DNA of 20,000 nt, taken from the IMG/VR virus record IMGVR_UViG_3300014836_000525. The stretch is one strand, 5' to 3'. A model generated the notes under the pieces. That model was given only the letters and a program-made list of their open reading frames with translations. It made no database searches and was not told the DNA's origin. Source of the DNA: an uncultured virus (IMG/VR IMGVR_UViG_3300014836_000525) (lineage: Duplodnaviria > Heunggongvirae > Uroviricota > Caudoviricetes > Crassvirales). Below are positions 1 through 7,829 of this stretch, in pieces. The translations under genes were made by a program, and so were the position numbers. Within the stretch, counting starts at the first letter, position 1, and every line of letters starts with the position of its first letter.

Positions 1-66
1 AGTTATTGTAGCAGTTAATACTTTACAATCCGGGGTTATTGAAATTGATGTGATAGCAGTAGCCAT
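1..66 (-). CDS. 5' end of a truncated ORF (MATAITSISITPDCKVLTATIT...), probably the next virion gene
   Basis: ATG at 66, open to the window edge, just downstream of a terminator and a TATCTTTA promoter-like box (80-87); not in the ORF track. Confidence 0.6.
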   Translation of the reverse strand, partial: MATAITSISITPDCKVLTATIT

Positions 67-98
67 AATAAACTTTTAGTAAAGATATGAAAAAGTAT

Positions 99-130
99 AA
101 AAAGACAGAGGATTTCTCCCCTGTCTTTTT
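99..130 (-). terminator. intrinsic terminator after the 342-aa gene
   Basis: Minus strand AAAAAGACAGGGGA-GAAA-TCCTCTGTCTTTTT: long stem with one G-U pair, GNRA loop, U-tract. Confidence 0.9.
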
Positions 131-145
131 AATAAAAAATACTTC

Positions 146-1174
146 TTAGTAAGTAAAGTATGTACCAGTACCTACAGTGTAACCACCAAATACTGCATCT
201 GCAAGAGTGTTGGCAGCAACAGCAACTTTATGATACATTTTGATTACATTCATCTCACCTGCACGAGCAATACCCGTAGATGAAGGATGGCCGTGAAGGT
301 AGCCTACTTCCACACAATCATAAGTGTTACCTGACACAGCATACTGTGTAAAGTCTTGTGGGAAATACATACGGTTAAAGTTACCATACTTAGCACGTTG
401 CTTCTTTTCATCAGCCAAAACCTGCCAGTAGTTACCACATCCTGGATCAAAACCTGTTACAGTTTGAGTGTCAGCAAGAGCACGACCATCTGAGTATTGA
501 ACAGTCATGTCAAAGATTACACCTACGTGACGAGCTTCAATGTCGATAGTAGTAGTATTGTCTGTACACTTAAATATTGCATTTAGTGTTTTGTTAGCAG
601 CAATAGCAGCTGCAAGTTTAGTGTAGAAAGTAGCTTCTGTGTTAGCATGATCTGCTTCAGAAATTTCTACATTAAAGATCATACGACCAGCAGAGAAATT
701 ACCAACTAATGGAAATACATACCCACCACCAGAAAGGTCAAGAGCTGTATCATTAGGACTAGAAAAAGATAGGTAATCTGTTGGAGCAGTACGAAGAGCC
801 AAACGAACCATGATAGCATCGTCTGCTGAAGTACCTGTAAGTGTTCCAACATCCAAAGCTACTTTATGCTTTACAGAAGCTGCATATGGAGTGTACTTAA
901 TGTACTTGATATCCTTAGCTTCAAACAGAGGAGATGCAAGTGTATTTTTTCCAGCAAGTGGAGTCTGTACAATTTGCAAAGGACCTTTTGCAGCAGTAAG
1001 GGCAGTACTCAAGTAAGCAGGACCTGAAGCTGCACCCATATCCCATACACCAATAAGTGTATTAGCAACAGTAGCAGCAGTTGTGTAAAAAGTACTGCCA
1101 TCAAGCATAGTACCATTTGTAGTGTCAGAGATATCGTTTGCAACGAATACCTGACTTAAATTTGAAGGTGCCAT
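146..1174 (-). CDS. crAss-like conserved structural protein (gene 73 / auxiliary capsid protein-like)
   Basis: 342 aa, Ala/Thr-rich; C-terminal GxG...V...E...YGNFNRMYFP...YD motif; third gene downstream of the MCP. Confidence 0.7.
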   Translation of the reverse strand: MAPSNLSQVFVANDISDTTNGTMLDGSTFYTTAATVANTLIGVWDMGAASGPAYLSTALTAAKGPLQIVQTPLAGKNTLASPLFEAKDIKYIKYTPYAASVKHKVALDVGTLTGTSADDAIMVRLALRTAPTDYLSFSSPNDTALDLSGGGYVFPLVGNFSAGRMIFNVEISEADHANTEATFYTKLAAAIAANKTLNAIFKCTDNTTTIDIEARHVGVIFDMTVQYSDGRALADTQTVTGFDPGCGNYWQVLADEKKQRAKYGNFNRMYFPQDFTQYAVSGNTYDCVEVGYLHGHPSSTGIARAGEMNVIKMYHKVAVAANTLADAVFGGYTVGTGTYFTY

Positions 1175-1212
1175 TTTGTTTTAAAATTTAGGCGTTAAAC
1201 ACATTAATTTAA

Positions 1213-2370
1213 TTACTCACTTTCCAAATTTTCTAAGGATTGTGATTGATATCTTGGAGACTCAATGCCCTCAAGAATACTTTTTACTGCCATCTCAACT
1301 ATTTCTGGATGGGTGTGTTCTGGAAGTTCACAGCCAATTCCGTTAATCTTTGAAATAGCAACAGGAGTTCTTACATATTTAATAGTCACTTTAGGGATAA
1401 CAAAAGTATCGTCTGTGTGAATATCGATAAAATTTTCTTCAATTGTGTACGAAGGAGACTTGTAATCCACTCTGTTAAATGGGTCATCCTGCATGTAAAT
1501 AATGTCATCGTGCTGAGCATATTTACAAAGGCTAAGTCTAATTAGTGCATCAGGTGCTTGTCTAGTTGTATTAAGTACTTGTTTTCTTTCTGATTCAACT
1601 ACATATAAAGCTGTAGCCATATTACCATTAAGAGTCCAAGTAGTTCTAATCCAACCTCCATCTAAAAATTCCCAAACATTATTATCAGTAATAGAGACAT
1701 AAAAATGGTCACTATCTAAAGTAGGGCTAATGTGAGAAGATGCATTTAAAGCACCTTCACTTGGGAAGTTAATTGATGGAATAAGTCCAAAGTTATAGTA
1801 GCTACTATCTATTAATGTGTCATGAGTTATCTCATTACCTAATCCTAGTGGATTATTAAAGATAGAGTTCCATAGTCCTGCAAATCCCCAGTCTATTCCG
1901 GTTAAAACATAACCAGCAGCTGGAGGAGTTAGTGACACTTTTATTCCGTCAAACTTACTATCAGTAGGTTCATAGTCTGGAAGCACTGATGTGTCACATC
2001 TATAATTAACTTCTGCTCGTACCGATACCAAAAAGAGATAATCCAATGGAAGAGTGTATCTATCTACGTAAATGTTAGAGAAGCTAGATGTATAAACATA
2101 GCCTCCTAAATCATCGTAAGCAGCTCCTACATTAAAAGTGTTGCCTTGACCTTCAACTACTAATGCTCTTAAATCATCAATTCTTTTTTGAGATTGTTCA
2201 AACCCTTTACCAATTCTATTAGACATTGGGCTATACCTCTGCTTAATAAATCTAAGCATAGCAAGGTTTAACTCATGGTCTATTTCCTGAGGTAAGAGGT
2301 TGTCAGCCTGGAAGGATGCAATCTTTTGCACCCCCAGGTTGACAGCTATATGCATTTCGTTAACAGTCAT
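1213..2370 (-). CDS. crAss-like tail/neck ring protein (gene 74-like)
   Basis: 385 aa; motifs MTxxEMH, EIDxxLN, GFEQSQKRIDDL, LPxDYLFLVS, KYVRTP, CELPEHTHPEIVEMAV. Confidence 0.8.
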   Translation of the reverse strand: MTVNEMHIAVNLGVQKIASFQADNLLPQEIDHELNLAMLRFIKQRYSPMSNRIGKGFEQSQKRIDDLRALVVEGQGNTFNVGAAYDDLGGYVYTSSFSNIYVDRYTLPLDYLFLVSVRAEVNYRCDTSVLPDYEPTDSKFDGIKVSLTPPAAGYVLTGIDWGFAGLWNSIFNNPLGLGNEITHDTLIDSSYYNFGLIPSINFPSEGALNASSHISPTLDSDHFYVSITDNNVWEFLDGGWIRTTWTLNGNMATALYVVESERKQVLNTTRQAPDALIRLSLCKYAQHDDIIYMQDDPFNRVDYKSPSYTIEENFIDIHTDDTFVIPKVTIKYVRTPVAISKINGIGCELPEHTHPEIVEMAVKSILEGIESPRYQSQSLENLESE

Positions 2371-2388
2371 TAACTACTTCTTTTTGTT

Positions 2389-3198
2389 TTAACTAGCAAT
2401 TTCCTTCAGACGAGCTCTCATAATGTTCACTTGTCCTGAGTTTTTCTTATTCTTGAAGTAAACAATTGTATCAGTCATGTCCTCTCCGATTGTTTCGTCT
2501 TGGAAAATAACTTGATTTCCAATTCGTCGAAGTACAGATGCTTCAATCATTTCTTCAATCTCTGCTTGAATCTCTAAGTTGCTATCTAAAGCAAACTTCA
2601 AGAATCTTGCAGGTTGTTTCTCTTTGTAGTCGTACAAGGAATTTTCAACTTCCATATCTCCAAGTTTGTCTGGATTTTCTCCAGTTAAAACTCGTAGAAG
2701 AGTTTTCATCATTTTAATATCCGAAGATATCTTAATAAACTCTTTGTCAGCATCCTTCTTAACTTGTACTTTTTCGTTCTTTTTAAGCAAGTCTCTCTGT
2801 GGATCGTAAATGTAAAATCTCTTGTCAGAGTTAATATTCATTTCGTCTTCCGTAGCAGCTACGTGCCTATGTTTTTGAGCCCATTTAAAGTAAAGGTAAT
2901 CCATTACATTTTCAGGGTTCCCATTAGAGTCAAGCTCGACATTAAGTGCCACTCCTTCAAAAGGAACTTTGAGGCTTAAACTTGCCCAAAAATCCTTTGT
3001 TTTAACTGGCCAGTCGGCATGCCCTGGTGGAACGTCAATCAAAGTTTTCAAAAGTTTTTCTTCATCTAATCCATCCACTCCTTTGAGAGGAAGTCGATCT
3101 ACGAACATTGAACCAATTTTAACTTTAGCTCCAGCTCTGATCTCTTTTGGTAGGTGATTTAACACCTCTTTTCGTCTGATATAAATAATCTTTGACAT
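2389..3198 (-). CDS. crAss-like conserved protein of unknown function (gene 75-like)
   Basis: 269 aa, directly downstream of the MCP; FW..L.L, P.N..DYL, FYIYDP and IG...D.I.YF motifs. Confidence 0.75.
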   Translation of the reverse strand: MSKIIYIRRKEVLNHLPKEIRAGAKVKIGSMFVDRLPLKGVDGLDEEKLLKTLIDVPPGHADWPVKTKDFWASLSLKVPFEGVALNVELDSNGNPENVMDYLYFKWAQKHRHVAATEDEMNINSDKRFYIYDPQRDLLKKNEKVQVKKDADKEFIKISSDIKMMKTLLRVLTGENPDKLGDMEVENSLYDYKEKQPARFLKFALDSNLEIQAEIEEMIEASVLRRIGNQVIFQDETIGEDMTDTIVYFKNKKNSGQVNIMRARLKEIAS

Positions 3199-3265
3199 AA
3201 TTGTTCTTTTTGTGACTTCTGGAGAAGAATAACCAGGGGTTAATTAGCAGTCTATTTTATAGTTT

Positions 3266-3296
3266 AAAAGAGGAGGATTTTACTCCCCCTCTTTTT
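3266..3296 (-). terminator. intrinsic terminator after the major capsid gene
   Basis: Minus strand AAAAGAGGGGGA-GTAAAA-TCCTCCTCTTTT, about 20 nt after the MCP stop. Confidence 0.85.
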
Positions 3297-3315
3297 ATTG
3301 CAAACCAAACACAAC

Positions 3316-4740
3316 TTATGAAGCAGTACACTGAAGATCCAAGCTGGTATCGAAACGACGAAGCAAGATACCTGCAGTCTTAAGCATATGTACAGAAGCA
3401 CCATCAATATCACTTGCACGAGTGTCATTGCCACTGAATCCTTTAGGGATTACAGAACCAGCAACACACCAACGAAGCATCTCACGGCCTTTCTTGTTAA
3501 TCATTTGTAGGTTGTTTTCACCATCATAAGTAGACTGGTCAACAAATACCATACGATATGATTCAAGTGGAAGACCTGAAACAGGGTGTTTCTTAGATGC
3601 TTGAGCCACAGGACCGTGGTCAAACAAGTTAGTTTTAACTACATTTACCTTGTGACCATCAACGTGCTCATAGGTAGTGAAGTAACCAGTAATACCAAGG
3701 TTACGACCTGATCCAGTGATGAACGTAGGTTGAGTAGTTTGAAGGTAACTGTTAGAACCATAGTAAGACTTAAGTGCACGGTCAAACTCACGAGCACCAC
3801 CAATACCAGTGTAAAGGGTTACTTGCTTGTCTGTAGCATCAGTCATACCATAGAACAAATCACCGATTGTTTCCTCAAGTTTAGCTTGAGTAAGAGTAGA
3901 GTAAGAATCTTTGTTGATTACTTGCTCAAGAAGACCAGGTCCAGATACAACTGGTTGACCATTCTCATCTAGCATAGTGCTAACACCATTTGCATCGTGA
4001 GTCTTTTGACCATACCAATAGTACATTTCACACTCTTCTTTAAACTTAAGCATGTGACGATACTCTTCGTAGTCCATCCAAAGTTTAGTCTTGCTACCTT
4101 CTTTCAAAGGAAGTTCGAATTGTGCTACGTAATCTTTAGCATTTCCAGAGAAGTGATAAGATTTACGAATAGTACCAATTTTAGAACGAACTAGTCCAGG
4201 AGCAGTCCAGTTAGAACCGTTACCACGAGAGAAGTCAACTCCTACGTTTGCATACAACTGACCCCAAAGTGCTCCAGGAGAACAGTCAGCAACTGAGATA
4301 CTTGCAGTATCAGGAGATACAATCTTCAATGTGTACTTCCAACCATCACCGTCAGGAGTTGGTTCTGACATGATACGAGCCAAAGCACCTGATTGTGAAA
4401 CCAAAGTGTAAGGGAATACGAACCATTTGTCAGGGAAAGAAAGTGTGAAAGGAGCTCCACCAGCACCTACAACAGCCCCAGGGGCAGCTGATACTACTGG
4501 ACGAACATTAATTTCATGAGTTTTAACTCGGTACTCATACTCAAAACGATCGATAGACTTAGTATTTCCAACACCTTCTGTAAGGAAGGATAGTGGGAAT
4601 TTCTTTTCTTCTCGGCCGGCCAAGTGAGTAATAATAGGAGACAACTCCTCAGGACGTTCCATAAGAGCATTAACCAACGAGTTAGTGTCGGTCATCTGCG
4701 AATCATTATAGTACGTTTTTAATACTTGCATTAGTGCCAT
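3316..4740 (-). CDS. major capsid protein (crAss-like, HK97 fold)
   Basis: 474 aa; TDTNSL, FPLSFLTEG, IRKSY, W(M)DYEE, GPGLLEQ, LYTGIGG..EF, GYFTTY.H.DGH and LESYRMVF motifs; lies after the acidic scaffold gene and is followed by a terminator. Confidence 0.92.
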   Translation of the reverse strand: MALMQVLKTYYNDSQMTDTNSLVNALMERPEELSPIITHLAGREEKKFPLSFLTEGVGNTKSIDRFEYEYRVKTHEINVRPVVSAAPGAVVGAGGAPFTLSFPDKWFVFPYTLVSQSGALARIMSEPTPDGDGWKYTLKIVSPDTASISVADCSPGALWGQLYANVGVDFSRGNGSNWTAPGLVRSKIGTIRKSYHFSGNAKDYVAQFELPLKEGSKTKLWMDYEEYRHMLKFKEECEMYYWYGQKTHDANGVSTMLDENGQPVVSGPGLLEQVINKDSYSTLTQAKLEETIGDLFYGMTDATDKQVTLYTGIGGAREFDRALKSYYGSNSYLQTTQPTFITGSGRNLGITGYFTTYEHVDGHKVNVVKTNLFDHGPVAQASKKHPVSGLPLESYRMVFVDQSTYDGENNLQMINKKGREMLRWCVAGSVIPKGFSGNDTRASDIDGASVHMLKTAGILLRRFDTSLDLQCTAS

Positions 4741-4776
4741 GATACAATTTAATTTAAAAGTTAATCTGTCCTACCA

Positions 4777-5877
4777 TTAGTCCTGGCCGAACATTGTCTT
4801 CATATCGAGTTGGTCAACATCAAACTTAGCAGCTTTTTTATCTACTCTGCCTGAGCCTCCAACTCTCTTTTCGTTATCTTTAATTTTTTCTCTCAAACTT
4901 TGAGCTTGTGCTGAACGAGCTTTAGTTTGAATAATATCTTCTAGCTTAAATCCTTTGTACATTAAATAGTCAATTGCCAATTTAACATCTAGGTTAGCTT
5001 TTTCGTAATCTTCATCTCTTTTAGTTCTTCCAGCTTTATCTACAGGAGCTGAGATATAATCGAAGAATTTAGATTTCTCTTTTTCAGGGATTCTAATTCC
5101 TCCAAACTCTTTTCCATTTTGTAGAGTATCTGCAACACCTTCCCAGAACTCTCTTTGCTGCTTAACTTGACGAAAATTAGCTTCTCTTTGTGCTTGTACA
5201 AGTCGTTCTCTCTCTTGTTCTTGGATACCACCTAACTGTTTCTTAGCAACTACTGCCTTATCATACAGTTTGTTTGTGTCCTCGTAGTCTTCAATCATTT
5301 CTTTAATGAACTCGTCATCGTGACCTTTCCTTCTAAAGAACTCAGTTAAAACTGTCTTTTGAACTCGAGTATCATCTTTAGCAATATCTATTCGATTATA
5401 GTCAAGAGATGGATTAAATGTTTCAAAGAACTTCTCTGGGTCTCCACCAGCTAATACAAAATCTAAATGTTTTTGTACAGTTGGGAACTGTTCGAACAAA
5501 GACTTAATCTGATCTTCGGCCATATTTTGAGCTACATCTTTAGTAAACTCAATCAAACCTTCTTCAGTATCTTCATAATCATCTTCAAGTTCGTAACCTA
5601 AAGCTTTAGCAATACTTGAAGTAACAGAGGAGTCAATACCGGAACCTTCATCTGAATCATCATCATCTGATTCTTCATCTAAATCTTCCTCTTCCTCGTC
5701 TTCATCTTCTTCGTTACTGCCTTGATTATCAATGTCTTCATCTTCATCTTCATCTAGATTTTCGTCTAGATTGTTTTCGTCTTTGTCTAGAGCTTCGTCT
5801 GCTAGACTTAGACCATCTCCAATTACATCGTCAAATGTAATTTCTGAGAAATCTAATTTACCTGTTTGTTTTGCCAT
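4777..5877 (-). CDS. acidic capsid scaffolding-like protein (crAss gene 77-like)
   Basis: 366 aa; D/E-rich low-complexity N-terminus, helical/coiled-coil core, immediately upstream of the MCP. Confidence 0.7.
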   Translation of the reverse strand: MAKQTGKLDFSEITFDDVIGDGLSLADEALDKDENNLDENLDEDEDEDIDNQGSNEEDEDEEEEDLDEESDDDDSDEGSGIDSSVTSSIAKALGYELEDDYEDTEEGLIEFTKDVAQNMAEDQIKSLFEQFPTVQKHLDFVLAGGDPEKFFETFNPSLDYNRIDIAKDDTRVQKTVLTEFFRRKGHDDEFIKEMIEDYEDTNKLYDKAVVAKKQLGGIQEQERERLVQAQREANFRQVKQQREFWEGVADTLQNGKEFGGIRIPEKEKSKFFDYISAPVDKAGRTKRDEDYEKANLDVKLAIDYLMYKGFKLEDIIQTKARSAQAQSLREKIKDNEKRVGGSGRVDKKAAKFDVDQLDMKTMFGQD

Positions 5878-5881
5878 ACTA

Positions 5882-5889
5882 CAAATTTA
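5882..5889 (-). promoter_or_regulatory. Bacteroidota sigma -7 element (TAAATTTG), 4 nt upstream of the scaffold ATG
   Basis: Matches the TAnnTTTG consensus; intergenic. Confidence 0.65.
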
Positions 5890-5943
5890 TTTGATTATGT
5901 TTGGTTATTAAGTATAAATTTATTTTTTATACTAGTCTTTATT

Positions 5944-7416
5944 CTATCTCACTTTTGCTTTAATTCCTCCACAAGTGTAGCACTTAGTTCCACCTTTTTT
6001 ACGAGAAACTAATAGATCATTACCTTTACTTCTTACTATCTCTGGGGAAGGAAGTGCAGGAATATTATCTTTTAGTTCGAGTTTATTCATTTGCACCCTA
6101 CTCTTATCTCTAAGTTCTCTAGCTTTTGTAGCGTCTTCTAAAGCTTTTGCAGCAGCTGCTTCTTTTTCTTTAGTTTTTCCTACATATCGATAGTAGTCTA
6201 TTCTATCATCTCTTTCTTGATTGGTATTAAAGTAACTTTCTCCAAACCTACCTCTCATACCAGCCTGGGCATTATAAAATGTACCTGCTTCTGTATTTGT
6301 AGGGTTACTTGCATCTGCATCACTATATATAGTAGTGTGATGAGGCCTTCGTATCATCTTAGTTCCTCCAATATAAGAATCAGGAGCATTTTCTACAAGC
6401 AGAGCCATATCCCCAGGCTCTCTTTTATTTGGATCAATTTTTTCAAATGGAAGTTGCCCTTTTGCAGATTTTTCAGCAAAGGTTACATTTCCTCCAACTA
6501 TAGGAACATCTGTAGCACCAGCTTGTTGATAGGCATGACATCCATACGGTGTACAGTATAACTCTCTACCAGGGTCAGCCCCATATTTCCAATCTTGTGT
6601 AGTTTTATCAAATTGAGCTACAGTATATTTTCCCTGATTTGGAAGTATATCTAGTATTTCTTTTGGAAGTTTTTTTCTATTTGCTTCTAACTCTGTAGGA
6701 TTAGCAGAATTAATATAGTTATTCCACTCAGGAGAATTTTCTAAGTATAGTCGACTATCAGCAGCATCTAATCTCTCAGATGCTGGGATAATATTTTCTC
6801 TAACTTTTGCAACTCTTTCTTTTTCTTGTTTTGCTTCTAATGAAGATTTTTCTAATCTAAGCAGAGCTTCATCATAACCCTGTCTTCCAATCTTATCTAG
6901 ATTGTAGGGATCTAATGCAGACTCCATTTGTTTTGCAGAAGGAAATTTAAGTCCAGCTGTCTGATATTTAACTTTAGACTTTAATCCTCCTCTTAGATAC
7001 GTACTTGCAGGTGTTTCAATCATTGTTCCTCTATTAGGGCCCGTAGGCAGGTTAGCTATTCCTGGAGGTACAGACTTATAAGATTCTACCACATTACCTT
7101 GGTCATCAACTTTAGTCATATCTATCGGAGCCGTTAACCCTTTGGTAGTAAAACTTTGGTTAGGTTGTACGTTAGGGAAGGCCATAGACTGATTAGTCAT
7201 TCCTTGTTGATGAGCTGGAATTAAACCTTGTCGTTGTTCTTCAGGAGTTTGTGCAACTTGCATTTGTTGCTGTTGCTGTTGTTGCATTTGGCTTTGAGTG
7301 TACTCTCCAACTAAGTCTACTCCTTGATCGTAAGCTTTAAACACGTCAGTGTAGCTGCCAGGAAATCCTGCAGCCCTTGCTTTTTGAATAAGTTCTCGTC
7401 TTAAATCGTTGGTCAT
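5944..7416 (-). CDS. modular protein: Gln-rich N-terminus plus NlpC/P60 (papain-like) hydrolase-like domain; putative virion cargo protein
   Basis: 490 aa; ELYCTPYG (Cys ~288), PGDMALL, PHHTTIY (His ~360), FYNA (Asn ~382), YYRY; polyQ tract; basic GG motifs (YLRGG, KKGG, CYTCGG). Confidence 0.6.
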   Translation of the reverse strand: MTNDLRRELIQKARAAGFPGSYTDVFKAYDQGVDLVGEYTQSQMQQQQQQQMQVAQTPEEQRQGLIPAHQQGMTNQSMAFPNVQPNQSFTTKGLTAPIDMTKVDDQGNVVESYKSVPPGIANLPTGPNRGTMIETPASTYLRGGLKSKVKYQTAGLKFPSAKQMESALDPYNLDKIGRQGYDEALLRLEKSSLEAKQEKERVAKVRENIIPASERLDAADSRLYLENSPEWNNYINSANPTELEANRKKLPKEILDILPNQGKYTVAQFDKTTQDWKYGADPGRELYCTPYGCHAYQQAGATDVPIVGGNVTFAEKSAKGQLPFEKIDPNKREPGDMALLVENAPDSYIGGTKMIRRPHHTTIYSDADASNPTNTEAGTFYNAQAGMRGRFGESYFNTNQERDDRIDYYRYVGKTKEKEAAAAKALEDATKARELRDKSRVQMNKLELKDNIPALPSPEIVRSKGNDLLVSRKKGGTKCYTCGGIKAKVR

Positions 7417-7829
7417 GCCAAGAATGTAAGTTTATATTTAGCTGAGTTAAGTTTAGACTTAAGTGTATCTAAGTCGTTTACTATCTCTGAATATGGTAAA
7501 CTTTCTTGTAGATTAGTAACTTTCCCGTACAAAGTATCAATGTAGCTAAGAGCTTCTTTAACACTATTCATTGGGGAAACAGTTACTGATGGGTATTCTA
7601 GCAATGTGCCGGTTACTCCTTGGTATCCTTCTGCTAGCCCATCTGCAAAGTCTGGTAATGCATTGTACAACTCACCTAAAGCTTGATGTGCTGCATAACT
7701 CCCAGGTCCTTTTACAGTTAGATGAAGAATATGGAATTTATTAGAAGCATCCATTAATTCTACTACCATGCTTGCTACTGAAGTTTTAGGTTTGGACTTA
7801 ATCTCCTTAGCTTTATCTATATATCCCAT
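7413..7829 (-). CDS. Dps/ferritin-like protein (DUF5856-type)
   Basis: 138 aa; HILHLTVKG..SYAAHQALGELY....D..DGLAE resembles the Dps signature HxxHWxxxG...H...E.Y...D..AER; four-helix pattern. Confidence 0.8.
   Translation of the reverse strand: MGYIDKAKEIKSKPKTSVASMVVELMDASNKFHILHLTVKGPGSYAAHQALGELYNALPDFADGLAEGYQGVTGTLLEYPSVTVSPMNSVKEALSYIDTLYGKVTNLQESLPYSEIVNDLDTLKSKLNSAKYKLTFLA

Noticed and set aside
5640..5800. TCTTCA-type and CAG/CAA repeats (also 7262-7290) as a CRISPR or repeat array
   Set aside because: They simply encode Asp/Glu and Gln tracts inside ORFs; no repeat-spacer periodicity
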